Positions 10,719-21,054 are shown, counted from the stretch's first letter. The stretch: 64,000 nucleotides of DNA from an uncultured candidate division Zixibacteria bacterium (GCA_963817915.1 CAWFQL010000009.1:1-64000); one strand, 5' to 3'. A program made the numbers and translations. Notes: generated by a model from the sequence alone, not told the origin.

Positions 10719-12176
10719 ATGAGATGTGTGATCGGTAAGGGAAGAGTCGAGGAATATTCGGGTGATGCGTTGATCTCATTGATTTATGAGAATGGTTCTG
10801 TTCCCAAAGGGCCATATGCCAAAATCGTATCTACTGCAATTGAAGGTGGACATTTCAAGGCCAGTTTTGGAGAGCTTTTCCAGATTTATCCATGCGACAG
10901 CATTAAATCCAAACGTTTAATTCTGGTCGGCCTTGGCAAAAAGGGCAAACAGGTTTCCGAAAATATCCGAAAGGCAGCTGCGGTTGCTATCAAGAATGTA
11001 CAAAATCTCAAGCGCGTCGCATTTTTGCCAGTAGACAATCCGCGGGAATCGCTGGGCTTATTGGTCGATGGTGTAATACTTGGAAATTACCGTTTCGATA
11101 CTTTAAAATCAGACAAGAAAGAAATTAAGATTACCGAAGTTTCCTTTTTCACCGGCAGTACAAAAATAGCCGATTCAAAAATCAAGGCCCTCCAAATCAT
11201 AGTCGAAGGCACCTGTAATTCTCGCGATCTTTCGAATCTTCCGGGCAATATTTTGACACCATCCAAGCTTGCGGATGAGGCAAAAAAGTTAGGCAAGAAA
11301 AATAATATTTCTGTCAAAGTATTAACGGAGGACGAACTTGAAAAGCTGAAAATGGGAGCATTGCTCGCGGTCGGGCAAGGCTCTGCCAATCGTCCTCGAA
11401 TGGTTGTTTGGGAATACAAAGGCGGCCGAGCCAAGTCCGCTCCAATCGTATTAGTCGGTAAAGGTGTGACATTCGATTCGGGCGGAATTTCATTAAAGCC
11501 GGGCGAGGGAATGGGCGCTATGAAGGGCGATATGGGCGGCGCGGGGACAGTCATATCATTGATAGATGTTGTCGGCCAGCTTAAACCTAAGGTCAATATT
11601 GTCGGTATCACACCACTGGTTGAGAATATGCCATCGGGCACTGCATATCGGCCCGGCGATGTTGTCACCGCATCCAATGGCAAAACGATCGAGATTATTT
11701 CTACTGACGCGGAAGGCCGCATGATATTGGCCGATGCACTCGTCTACGCCAAAAAATTCAATCCCAAATATGTAATCGATATTGCTACACTGACCGGGGC
11801 CTGCATGGTAGCGCTCGGGACTCATATCTGCGCGGGCATTATGGGCACCGATCAAAAGCTAATCGATATGCTCAGCAAGTTAGGGGAGACGAGCGGAGAA
11901 CGAGTCTGGCAGCTGCCATTATGGGACGATTATCAGGAAATGATCAAAACCCCCGCGGCCGATATCAAAAATTCTGGCGGCAGATGGGGCGGCGCGATTA
12001 CGGCCGGGAAATTCCTCGGCAATTTCGCCGAAGATTATCCCTGGGCGCATCTGGATATCGCCGGAGTAGATAACGAAGAAGGCAATGGTCATCCGTACAG
12101 ATTCCCGGGCGCGACCGGCTGGGGAGTTCGTTTGCTTTCACGATTCCTGCTCAGCCAGGGTGGATATAAGATATAG
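10719..12176 (+). CDS. pepA: Leucyl aminopeptidase (M17)
   Basis: VGKGVTFDSGGISLK, MKGDMGGA, TDAEGR and WAHLDIAG motifs. Confidence 0.96.
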   Translation: MRCVIGKGRVEEYSGDALISLIYENGSVPKGPYAKIVSTAIEGGHFKASFGELFQIYPCDSIKSKRLILVGLGKKGKQVSENIRKAAAVAIKNVQNLKRVAFLPVDNPRESLGLLVDGVILGNYRFDTLKSDKKEIKITEVSFFTGSTKIADSKIKALQIIVEGTCNSRDLSNLPGNILTPSKLADEAKKLGKKNNISVKVLTEDELEKLKMGALLAVGQGSANRPRMVVWEYKGGRAKSAPIVLVGKGVTFDSGGISLKPGEGMGAMKGDMGGAGTVISLIDVVGQLKPKVNIVGITPLVENMPSGTAYRPGDVVTASNGKTIEIISTDAEGRMILADALVYAKKFNPKYVIDIATLTGACMVALGTHICAGIMGTDQKLIDMLSKLGETSGERVWQLPLWDDYQEMIKTPAADIKNSGGRWGGAITAGKFLGNFAEDYPWAHLDIAGVDNEEGNGHPYRFPGATGWGVRLLSRFLLSQGGYKI

Positions 12177-12305
12177 GTGCCGTCGGGTCTCCGCACCCGA
12201 CGATAGCGTCCTGTAGTAGGTCGGGTTTAATATGAGCGAAGCGAATGAAAAACCCGACAGAATGTTTTAGTTGTCGATTGCGGTCGAAGTAAACTTCGAC
12301 ACGCA
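12177..12305. repeat. Cluster of three REP-like palindromes
   Basis: GTGCCGTCGGGT-CTCCGC-ACCCGACG (12177), GTAG+GTCGGGTTT...AAACCCGAC (12216-12258) and TGCGGTCGAAG-TAAA-CTTCGACACGCA (12279-12305). The first and third recur elsewhere in the window. Confidence 0.8.
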
Positions 12306-12321
12306 ATAAAACTCTATTTTC

Positions 12322-12723
12322 ATGAATGCAAAATCAATAATCAAATCCAGATTAATTGCCCCCTGCGGCATGAACTGCGCCCTTTGCATGGCGTATTTGA
12401 GAGAAAAAAATAAATGCCCTGGCTGCAGGGCAAAAGATACGGATAAAGCAGTTTCAGTTATTAGATGTAAAATCAAAAACTGCGATGTCATTAAAAAAGG
12501 CATTGTAAAGTATTGTTTTGAGTGTGACAGGTTTCCTTGTCAACCAGTGAAAAGATTGGATAAGCGATATCGCACAAAATATGAAATGAGCATGATTGAG
12601 AATCTGGAATATATAAAAAAGCAGGGGATACGCAAATTCCTATTTCGCGAACAAGAACGCTGGTGTAAAGGAAATAAAATCTATTGCGTTCACCGGCATA
12701 AATACTTTGAGCAAATTTTGTAG
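12322..12723 (+). CDS. DUF3795-family Cys-rich protein
   Basis: IAPCGMNCALC, CPGC, CKIKNC and CFECDRFPC pattern. Confidence 0.8.
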   Translation: MNAKSIIKSRLIAPCGMNCALCMAYLREKNKCPGCRAKDTDKAVSVIRCKIKNCDVIKKGIVKYCFECDRFPCQPVKRLDKRYRTKYEMSMIENLEYIKKQGIRKFLFREQERWCKGNKIYCVHRHKYFEQIL

Positions 12724-12937
12724 CGGTGTCAGAAATCCCTTCCTGACGCCTAGCGCATGAGGGTCTTAGCAAAGGATATAAAACGAGGAACCGTCAGGAA
12801 AGGATTCCTGACGGCGCACTGAAAAAATCCTGCTGTGAAGTTTGGCGGTAAAAGTCATTGCGAGCGAAGCGAAGCAATCTGAACATGTTGTATAGATTGC
12901 TTCGTCGTCCGCTTGCGGCGGGACTCCTCGCAATAAC
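12720..12937. repeat. REP doublet plus GTCATTGCGAG-type palindromic element
   Basis: Inverted pair of GTCAG(G/A)AA/TTCCTGAC hairpins at 12720-12750 and 12790-12819. GTCATTGCGAG..GAAGCAATCT...AGATTGCTTC..CTCGCAATAAC at 12854-12937. Confidence 0.8.
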
Positions 12938-12993
12938 GCAGAGACAATGGTATTTGAGACAGACTCCAGGTGACCCGATGGCACGAGTAATCT

Positions 12994-14286
12994 CTACCCC
13001 CTCTTACGAGCCATATTTTTCTTATCGTAAACTTCGTAAACGCAGAATGGCCCACACATCGAGCAGAAATGAGCCTTGTCTAGTTGCGGATTTTTGCGGC
13101 ATTCCTCCGAAAGCAATGACGCCAGCTTTTCGCCGTCGAGCGCGTACTTAATCATTCCCGGCCAATCGACTTTATTTCTGGCATGTGCCATATTATTGTC
13201 TCTGGCAATTGCGCTTTTATTTCCGACTGCTATATCAGCTATATGAGCAGCAATCTTGGATGCCATGACACCTTCTCTGACATCGGCAATATCAGGCAGG
13301 CCGACATGCTCTTTCGGTGTGACGTAGCAAAGAAAATTAGCGCCATGCATTCCGGCCAAAGCTCCGCCAATCGCGCAGGCGATATGATCATGGCCGACAG
13401 CGATATCGGTTGGCAATGGCCCTAATACATAGAAGGGAGCATTTTTGCAGTATTTCTTTTCGAGTTTGACATTCTCTTCAATCTCATGAAGCGGGATATG
13501 TCCTGGCCCCTCGATCATGACCTGCACACCTTTTTCGCGGGCGCGTTGAGCCAATTCTCCCAAAATTCGCAATTCGTTGATTTGGGCTTTGTCGGTGGCG
13601 TCAGCGATACATCCCGGTCGAAAACCGTCCCCTAGGCTCAATGTCATATCGTAATCCTTGGCCATATCCAGCACTTCATCGTAATGCTCATATAAGAAGC
13701 TTTCTTTGCGATTGTATTTCATCCAGGCAAGTAAAAATGTGCCGCCTCGGCTGACACATGTCATGAGGCGATTCTTTACCAGCGGAAAGGCGCTGCGAGT
13801 CACGCCGGAATGGATTGTGATGAAATCCACGCCGTCGTCGGCATTCTTTTTCAGCACCTTCAAATAATGATTGATAGTCATCTTTTCGATTCCGCCGGAT
13901 TCGATTGCGGTTTGATAAATCGGTACGGTGCCGACCGGGAAAGGGCTATTGGCGACAATATTATGTCTGATTTTATCTATATGATCGCCCGTGCTGAGAT
14001 CCATCACAGCATCCGCGCCGGCATCGAGAGCGACCTTCAATTTTTTCAATTCAGTTTTGAGAGTGGATTTTATTCTCGATGTCCCGATATTAGCGTTGAC
14101 CTTGATGCTCAAACCCGCACCGATGCCGACCGGATCGAGATGCTTATGATTCTTATTGGCCGGGATGACTATTATGCCATCGGCGATTTTCTTTTTAAGG
14201 GTTTTTAAATCTATCCCTTCTTTGAGGGATACTTTTTTCATCTGGTCGGTTATTTTATTTTTTCTTGCGAATTCAAGCTGGGTCAT
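12994..14286 (-). CDS. thiC: Phosphomethylpyrimidine synthase ThiC (short form; a ThiC-like Bza paralogue is not excluded)
   Basis: KVNANIGTS, MDLSTG, GTVPIYQ, VSRGG, EGPGH, YVTPKEH and CSMCGPFC motifs. Confidence 0.9.
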   Translation of the reverse strand: MTQLEFARKNKITDQMKKVSLKEGIDLKTLKKKIADGIIVIPANKNHKHLDPVGIGAGLSIKVNANIGTSRIKSTLKTELKKLKVALDAGADAVMDLSTGDHIDKIRHNIVANSPFPVGTVPIYQTAIESGGIEKMTINHYLKVLKKNADDGVDFITIHSGVTRSAFPLVKNRLMTCVSRGGTFLLAWMKYNRKESFLYEHYDEVLDMAKDYDMTLSLGDGFRPGCIADATDKAQINELRILGELAQRAREKGVQVMIEGPGHIPLHEIEENVKLEKKYCKNAPFYVLGPLPTDIAVGHDHIACAIGGALAGMHGANFLCYVTPKEHVGLPDIADVREGVMASKIAAHIADIAVGNKSAIARDNNMAHARNKVDWPGMIKYALDGEKLASLLSEECRKNPQLDKAHFCSMCGPFCVYEVYDKKNMARKRG

Positions 14287-14427
14287 ATTTTTATCCTTAT
14301 TAAAAAATCGTATTCATTTTAATTCCCATAATCAAAATGCGAATTAATTCCGTCGAAATCAAGGGGATTGGTCGAAATAGCGAATTTTTTGTTGCCAATA
14401 TAATCATAGTATCTTATAAAAGACTCC

Positions 14428-14871
14428 ATGAAGATATTGGCGTTTCTTCTGATTTTAATTTCACTTTCAGCAGCTGCCTATTCGCAAGACTCTACCGGCA
14501 CAATTGTAGTCACTATTGAAGGCTTTCGCTCGGATAAGGGCGAGGCACGCGCGACTCTATTCAACTCGTCGGAAGGTTATCCCAATAAAAGCGAAAAGGC
14601 CTTTAAATCCGATTCCGCTAAGATAGTCGACGGGCAGGCGCGTATTATATTCGTCAATATACCTATTGGCACTTCTGCTGTCGGTGTTATTCATGACGAA
14701 AACTCCAATGGCAAACTCGACACCAATATTCTCGGAATGCCGCGCGAAGGCATGGGAGCATCCAATAATGCCAAGGGGCATTTTGGGCCGCCGAAATTTG
14801 ACGACGCCAAATTCGAATTGAAATCCGATACCCTTGTGCTTAAAATTAAAATGAAATATTTAGGCCGCTGA
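14428..14871 (+). CDS. DUF2141-family exported protein
   Basis: Signal peptide; HDENSNGKLDTNILGMPREGMGASNN..FGPPKFDDA motif. Confidence 0.85.
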   Translation: MKILAFLLILISLSAAAYSQDSTGTIVVTIEGFRSDKGEARATLFNSSEGYPNKSEKAFKSDSAKIVDGQARIIFVNIPIGTSAVGVIHDENSNGKLDTNILGMPREGMGASNNAKGHFGPPKFDDAKFELKSDTLVLKIKMKYLGR

Positions 14872-14899
14872 AATCAATCTTCCGAATTGCTTATTTCAC

Positions 14900-15120
14900 G
14901 TGTCGTCGGGTCCCCGTACCCGACGATAGGCCGGGTATCGTGGCAGGTGCGGAGACCTGCCACCACAGAATAAAATATTTAGGCCACTGATTTTAAGTTT
15001 CAGAAAAGGCTATGATATAATTTGTCAGGGGGTTGCGTGTCAAAGCTTGCCCGCCAAACGGATGGCGGATAAACTTTGACCGCAGAATTAGGTTGCGGTC
15101 GCAGTAAACTGCGACACGCA
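14900..15120. repeat. Two REP-like inverted doublets between convergent genes
   Basis: Doublet at 14900-14966 (same family as 12177). Doublet at 15034-15084/15094-15120 (TGCGGTC...GACACGCA family). Confidence 0.8.
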
Positions 15121-15145
15121 CATAATAAAAATTTCGCACCAGTAA

Positions 15146-16804
15146 TTAATCTTCCGAATTGCTGGTCATATAGTTGTCAGGATTGGCTGGCTGAACCATC
15201 AACTGCTTTTCCTTTTCAACCAGCACTTTGCCAGCGGCGAATTTCCTTGGCTTATGGACAAACCTGACTTGAGTATATGCAACCGGAACTTTGGATGAAT
15301 TTCTAGCCTTGGAATAGTAGGCCGCCAGAGACGCCGCTTCCAACAATGTCTTTTTATCGGGGATTGCGTTTTTATCCGGTAGACGAAGGACCGTATGCGA
15401 GCCCGCCGCCTGCCAGGCGTGAAACCAGTAGTCATGTTTTGCCGCTATTTCGAACGTGAGTATATCATTATCCGCGCTCGCCTTTCCAACGAAAATATCC
15501 CATCCGCATGAAGCCTTGAAATGTCTAAAAGGCTTTCTCGGTTCGATGGTCTTCCGCGCAGATTTGCCCGAAATAGGATTAATGATTTTCAATCTGACCG
15601 CTTCCGCATTCAATCGTTCAGGGTCGTCAGCGTATTTTTCGGTAGCCGATTTAACCTGGCTGATTCGCTCAGCTGATTCAGCGTATCTTTCTTCAAGGAT
15701 ACTTTTAGATGAAGTACCTTTTTTGTATTTTTTAAAATACGCGGCGGCGTTGGCGCTTGCTGATTTCGAAGGATCCAATTTGATGCTGACTAATTCATCA
15801 TTATCTTGTTCATGACTTTCCAGTGATGCTGTCTTGGCGCCTCTAGGGATATTCTCGATATTAGCCAATATGAGATCGCCCCATAATTTGTATTTAAGGC
15901 AATCGCGTGCTTCATCGAGCGGTCGCTGAATTGCCCTCAATTTCTTTTCTTCCTTGGCCAGTTCCTTTTGGAATAATTTTAAAATCGATTCATTTTGATC
16001 TTCGACCTGGTCCTGTTCAGGGAGCTTGCCATAATAAATGTCGTACATCAATAAGGCTGAATCGATCGATTGGAGTTTTTCATTGATCCCCAGAAATGGA
16101 GGATTCAACGAAAATCCAACCGGTTTGTCATTTTCAAAAATTATCGATGGCAGTCCGGGAGCTATCGCCTTGGCAACGTATTGCACAATTGTTTCTTTGA
16201 AGGAGCTTTTTGCATATTTGGAATGGCCCAGTATATTAATGATGTCTCTTTTATTGAATCCCATTAACTTCTTGAGTATTCCGGAACGCTCTGTCTCATT
16301 TTCCGATATGTCTATCTTATCAAGATCGAATATCGAATGCTTGTCGAACATCTTAGGCGGCTGATATTTTTCAGTTTGCCTGTTTTTCAACGACCAGTAA
16401 ATTTTATTCGATTGGTCAGTCAAATAGATATCGCCCTTATTCGGCATCATCTCGAATATCAATTGTCGTTCCTGCGATCGTCCTAATCTGTCATTCTTAT
16501 TAATATCCATGACAATAATTCTATCATGATTAAGTTGTTTGATATCGCCAATGACACATTCGGCGAGATAATTCGCGGCCTGCTGGCATTCCGATGGAAT
16601 TTGATCTACGATACCAATATATGATATCGTCCTGTCATTCACATATTTTAAAATCGGCAAACCGCCATTGAATTGGATGTGGAAATTTTCTCGACTCGTA
16701 TCGGAAAACGTGTTTTGGATTTTGGCTCCGGAAAATGCCCGTAATTCGGATACGATTCTGGCGATATCGAGTATTGTCAGTTTTTGCATATTCATAATTT
16801 TCAT
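15146..16804 (-). CDS. rqcH: RqcH/FbpA (NFACT) ribosome quality-control protein
   Basis: DRII..ERQLIFEMM N-terminal domain, LDP..SASANAAAYFKKYKK, and C-terminal NFACT-R (VGK..DND.LT..WFH..GSHTVLR..AAYYSK). Confidence 0.88.
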   Translation of the reverse strand: MKIMNMQKLTILDIARIVSELRAFSGAKIQNTFSDTSRENFHIQFNGGLPILKYVNDRTISYIGIVDQIPSECQQAANYLAECVIGDIKQLNHDRIIVMDINKNDRLGRSQERQLIFEMMPNKGDIYLTDQSNKIYWSLKNRQTEKYQPPKMFDKHSIFDLDKIDISENETERSGILKKLMGFNKRDIINILGHSKYAKSSFKETIVQYVAKAIAPGLPSIIFENDKPVGFSLNPPFLGINEKLQSIDSALLMYDIYYGKLPEQDQVEDQNESILKLFQKELAKEEKKLRAIQRPLDEARDCLKYKLWGDLILANIENIPRGAKTASLESHEQDNDELVSIKLDPSKSASANAAAYFKKYKKGTSSKSILEERYAESAERISQVKSATEKYADDPERLNAEAVRLKIINPISGKSARKTIEPRKPFRHFKASCGWDIFVGKASADNDILTFEIAAKHDYWFHAWQAAGSHTVLRLPDKNAIPDKKTLLEAASLAAYYSKARNSSKVPVAYTQVRFVHKPRKFAAGKVLVEKEKQLMVQPANPDNYMTSNSED

Positions 16805-16894
16805 AATTTAGCATCATTATAGTGTTGACAAAATACATTTCTCGCATATTTTGCATTTTTTGTAAAATGGCTGTTGAGTTAAGGAGCAATTAGT

Positions 16895-17770
16895 ATGGCC
16901 CAGAGCATGACAGGCTACGGCCGCGCCGAAGCGGACAAGGGAAAATACAAATTTACGATCGAGATAAATACGGTCAACAACCGCTATCTCGATTATCAGA
17001 TCCGTTTGCCCAAATCATTAATGCAGCTTGAAAACGATATAAAGAATCTTCTCAATCTGCGTTTTAGCAGAGGCAAGGTCATGGTCGCGGTCAGCTGGGA
17101 GCAGGAGCAGGCCGGCACGGCGATCCTTCTTGATGAAGACAGGGCTGAAGCTTATTACCGTATATATGAGCTTCTTAAAAAGAAATTCTCGTTGGGCGGC
17201 GATTTGAGCTTGAGAGATTTCGCGTCACTGCCGGATTTGATCAAAATTGAGAAAAATGAAGAAGATATCAGTGAAATTTGGAAAATTCTCGAACCAGCGC
17301 TGATTAAGGCCGCGGATTCCACTGTTCTGATGAGACAGACCGAGGCCAATAATTTGATAAAAGACATGATTTCGAGAATCGATCTGATTAGAAAAGTTAC
17401 CGGTGAAATCGAAGTCTTGGCCGCCGAAAATGTTAAACTTTATCAAACGCGGCTGCAGGGGAGAATAAAAGAACTCCTTGGCGATTCCCCGGTTGACGAG
17501 CAAAGAATCGCGATAGAAGTTGCCCTGCTCGCCGAGAAGTCCGATGTTACCGAAGAATGTATCAGGCTGAGATCGCATCTCGATCAGTTGGAAGCCAGTT
17601 TTAGCGAGACGGATTCTATCGGCAAACGGCTCAATTTTATATTGCAGGAATTGAATCGCGAAGCCAATACCACTGGTTCGAAATCGGCCTTCTACGAAAT
17701 TTCAAAGCGCGTCATCCTAATCAAAGAAGAGATTGAACGGTTGCGCGAACAGGTTCAGAATATCGAATGA
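16895..17770 (+). CDS. yicC: YicC/YloC endoribonuclease
   Basis: SMTGYG, VNNRYLD, DVTEE, ELNREANT.GSK and REQVQNIE motifs. Confidence 0.95.
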   Translation: MAQSMTGYGRAEADKGKYKFTIEINTVNNRYLDYQIRLPKSLMQLENDIKNLLNLRFSRGKVMVAVSWEQEQAGTAILLDEDRAEAYYRIYELLKKKFSLGGDLSLRDFASLPDLIKIEKNEEDISEIWKILEPALIKAADSTVLMRQTEANNLIKDMISRIDLIRKVTGEIEVLAAENVKLYQTRLQGRIKELLGDSPVDEQRIAIEVALLAEKSDVTEECIRLRSHLDQLEASFSETDSIGKRLNFILQELNREANTTGSKSAFYEISKRVILIKEEIERLREQVQNIE

Positions 17771-17824
17771 TAATTATATCATATTTACCTATTCGAGCGT
17801 ATAAGACAACAAGCGGGGGTGATA

Positions 17825-18460
17825 ATGTCATTTCCTAAGACTGCCGGTTTGGTTGCAATCTTATCTTCACCATCAGGAACAGGGAAGACTACGATCTGTC
17901 TGAGTCTTGTTAAAAGGCATAGGGATTTTATTTTCTCTGTTTCCGCGACAACGAGACCATTGCGGGGCAAAGAACGAAACGGCATCGATTATCATTTCGT
18001 AACGGAAAATAAATTTGATCAGATGATTCAAAACAATGAATTAGCGGAATGGGCATATGTTTTCGGCCATCGCTATGGAACCCCGTTCACGGAAATCAGC
18101 AAGGCGATATCGAGCAATAATGTTTTGCTTTGCGATATCGATGTCCAAGGTGGAATGGCGCTAATGGAAAAATATCGACAGGCGGTAACGATATTTCTCA
18201 TTCCTCCGTCCTTCACGGAACTGCGCAGCAGGTTATTTAAAAGAAAAACGGATTCTGCCGAGCAAAGAAAAATCAGATTAGAGACAGCAGTAAAGGAATT
18301 AGGTTTTTGGCATAGATATGATTACATTGTCTTAAACGATGACCTCAAGAAAGCGACAGATGAGGTCGATATGATAATAGCCGCCGAGCGCTCGAAGACG
18401 ATTCGGCTTAATGAAAGACGGTTTTGGAGCAGTTCTCAGGCCAAGTTACTGGGACTTTAA
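17825..18460 (+). CDS. gmk: Guanylate kinase
   Basis: SPSGTGKTT, SATTRP.R..E..GIDYHF and DIDVQG motifs. Confidence 0.95.
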   Translation: MSFPKTAGLVAILSSPSGTGKTTICLSLVKRHRDFIFSVSATTRPLRGKERNGIDYHFVTENKFDQMIQNNELAEWAYVFGHRYGTPFTEISKAISSNNVLLCDIDVQGGMALMEKYRQAVTIFLIPPSFTELRSRLFKRKTDSAEQRKIRLETAVKELGFWHRYDYIVLNDDLKKATDEVDMIIAAERSKTIRLNERRFWSSSQAKLLGL

Positions 18461-18510
18461 GGAACCGTTGAACCAGCCGGACAGTTAACTGAGCCGAAGC
18501 AGGAGGAATA

Positions 18511-18762
18511 ATGGCAGAGGGCAAAAAGAATATTTCGGACGTTGTTCGGAATGAATACGAGGCTGTTTTGGTCGCCGCGAAACTCTCGAGGCAGATCAAC
18601 AACAACCGTTTAGCGGCAAAAGAAAAGTTGAATCCCGAGGATTACTCCAAGCTGGATCAGCGTAAGGTCACTACCGCAGCTTTGACTGAAATAATCGAAG
18701 GCAGAGTTAAGTACGAGCGAAAGAAGCCGACTGAGGAAGAAGAAACATTCGATCTGACCTGA
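18511..18762 (+). CDS. rpoZ: RNA polymerase omega subunit
   Basis: NEYEAVLVAAKLSRQIN..KVTTAALTEI; follows gmk; AGGAGG RBS. Confidence 0.8.
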   Translation: MAEGKKNISDVVRNEYEAVLVAAKLSRQINNNRLAAKEKLNPEDYSKLDQRKVTTAALTEIIEGRVKYERKKPTEEEETFDLT

Positions 18763-18831
18763 TCGTGTTTGCCCTTATCCTGATCTTTTATCAGCTAATG
18801 TCTTCACAGAAGGAATCGAAGGGCCGATAAA

Positions 18832-21054
18832 TTGGCAAAAAATCTAATAATAGTCGAGTCGCCTACAAAATCTAAGACCCTGAAAAAATTTTTGGGGCGG
18901 CAATTCGAAGTCATAGCATCCGGCGGTCATATAAAGGACTTGCCGGTTTCTAAATTGGGTGTCGATGTTGATGATGATTTCAAGCCTGATTATGTAGTTA
19001 TCAAGGGCAAGAGCAAAATCATCAAGCAATTGAAGGACTCGGCCAAGAAGGCTGATGTCATATATCTCGCGCCTGACCCTGACCGCGAAGGGGAAGCTAT
19101 AGCATTTCATATCGCCAGCGAACTCCCGAAATCTAAAAAGAAAGTCTATAGGGCTACTTTCAATGAGATCACCAAAAAGGCTGTGACAGAAGCAGTTGAG
19201 AACGCCGGCAAAGTTGACATGAATAAGGTCAATGCCCAGCAGGCTCGACGAATTCTTGACAGGCTTGTTGGTTATAAAGTCAGCCCGATTCTATGGAAAA
19301 CAGTCATGCGCGGGTTATCGGCCGGACGAGTTCAGTCGGTGGCATTGCGTATGATCTGCGAACGGGAAGCCGAAATCGATGGTTTCAAACCTGAAGAATA
19401 TTGGACATTCGAAGCCGACTTCTTGACGGCAAAAAATCAGGCGTTTACAGTCAAGCTTTTCAAGATAGACGACCGTAAGATCGAAATTTCATCCGAACGC
19501 GACGCCATGATCGTCAAATCGGAGATGTCGACCGAGTCTTATGTCGTTCAAAGTCATGAAAAGACGAAGATGAAAAAATCGGCCCCGGCGCCGTTTATAA
19601 CCAGCAGTATTCAGCAGGATGCGTTCAATAAGCTGCATATATCCAACAAAGTCACCATGATGCTCGCCCAACAATTATATGAAGGTGTCGAGATTGGTGA
19701 TCAGGGTTCGATCGGCTTGATTACTTATATGAGAACCGATTCTACCAGAGTAGCCGATGAAGCCGCCCTGGCCGCCAAAGAAACTATAGTAAAGCTTTAT
19801 GGCGAACGTTATGCTCCTGAGACTGTTAAAAAACATAAAGCGGTCAAAGGATCGCAGGATGCGCATGAGGCTATCCGCCCTACATATCCGGAACTTACGC
19901 CCGATAGCATAAAGAAACACTTGAGCAAAGATCAATATCGGCTTTATGATCTGATCTGGCGACGATTTATGGCATCACAGATGTCGCCAGCAGAATTTGA
20001 TGTCGATACAATCGAAGTGCTTGGCAAACGATATCTATTCAAAGGCGCGAAGCAGAAGCTGGTATTTGATGGTTTCATGAAGCTTTACAATGGCAATGAG
20101 GATGAAAGCCACAACGGTTATCCGCCTGTCAAGGCCGGCGACAAATTGAAAATCACCGAAGTCCGCCCTGAACAGCATTTTACCGAGCCGCCGCCAAGAT
20201 TCAACGCCGGCAGCCTTGTCAAGGAATTGGAACAAAAGGGTATCGGAAGACCATCGACATACGCGCAGATTATTTCGGTTCTATTGGACAGAAAATATAT
20301 CAACGCCGATAAGCGCCGTTTTGAGCCGACCGATTTAGGCAAAACAGTTAATAAGATATTGGTGGCATCATTCCCCGATATTTTTTCAGAAGAATTCACC
20401 GCCAAGATGGAAGGCGAACTCGATAAGATTGAAGAAGGCTCTTATGGATGGGTCGAAACGCTGAATGATTTCTACGGACCATTCAAGGCTGATCTCGATA
20501 AGGCAGAAGCTGATAAAGATAAAATTAGAAAAAGGGCAGAAGAAAAGACCGACGAAATCTGCGAAAAATGTGGCAGCCCAATGATTATAAAACTCAGCCG
20601 CAATGGCAAATTCATGGCTTGCTCCGGCTATCCCGATTGCAAAAATACTAAATCTCTCGAAAGCGAAACACAGACAATCGACGAGAAATGTCCCAATTGC
20701 GGCGCGCCGATGCAGATTCGCCGTGGCAGATTCGGACGATTTATCGCATGCAGTCGTTACCCCGAATGCAAGACGACCCAGAGTGTATCGACAGGTGTCA
20801 AATGTCCCGAGCCGGGCTGCGACGGCAAGCTTGTCGAACGATCCACCCGCAAGGGTAAGCAATTTTATTCATGCTCGAATTATCCGAAGTGCGAGCATTC
20901 GAACTGGAATAAGCCAGTGAATGAAAAGTGCCCCGAATGCGGTTTCGCGTATATGGTGGAGAAGTATTCCAAAGCCAAGGGTGCATATCTCGCCTGCCCC
21001 AAATGCAAACACACCAAGACTGTCGAGACAACCGAACTGGTGACCGCGCAATAG
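18832..21054 (+). CDS. topA: DNA topoisomerase I
   Basis: IVESPTK TOPRIM, DPDREGE, SAGRVQS, ITYMRTD catalytic Tyr and C-terminal C4 zinc ribbons. Confidence 0.97.
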   Translation: MAKNLIIVESPTKSKTLKKFLGRQFEVIASGGHIKDLPVSKLGVDVDDDFKPDYVVIKGKSKIIKQLKDSAKKADVIYLAPDPDREGEAIAFHIASELPKSKKKVYRATFNEITKKAVTEAVENAGKVDMNKVNAQQARRILDRLVGYKVSPILWKTVMRGLSAGRVQSVALRMICEREAEIDGFKPEEYWTFEADFLTAKNQAFTVKLFKIDDRKIEISSERDAMIVKSEMSTESYVVQSHEKTKMKKSAPAPFITSSIQQDAFNKLHISNKVTMMLAQQLYEGVEIGDQGSIGLITYMRTDSTRVADEAALAAKETIVKLYGERYAPETVKKHKAVKGSQDAHEAIRPTYPELTPDSIKKHLSKDQYRLYDLIWRRFMASQMSPAEFDVDTIEVLGKRYLFKGAKQKLVFDGFMKLYNGNEDESHNGYPPVKAGDKLKITEVRPEQHFTEPPPRFNAGSLVKELEQKGIGRPSTYAQIISVLLDRKYINADKRRFEPTDLGKTVNKILVASFPDIFSEEFTAKMEGELDKIEEGSYGWVETLNDFYGPFKADLDKAEADKDKIRKRAEEKTDEICEKCGSPMIIKLSRNGKFMACSGYPDCKNTKSLESETQTIDEKCPNCGAPMQIRRGRFGRFIACSRYPECKTTQSVSTGVKCPEPGCDGKLVERSTRKGKQFYSCSNYPKCEHSNWNKPVNEKCPECGFAYMVEKYSKAKGAYLACPKCKHTKTVETTELVTAQ

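Noticed and set aside
11087..11722. Long antisense ORFs (this one opposite pepA; also 3550-4059, 20386-20862, 25378-25881, 30927-31385)
   Set aside because: They are shadow ORFs of well-conserved genes, with no RBS or recognisable motifs.
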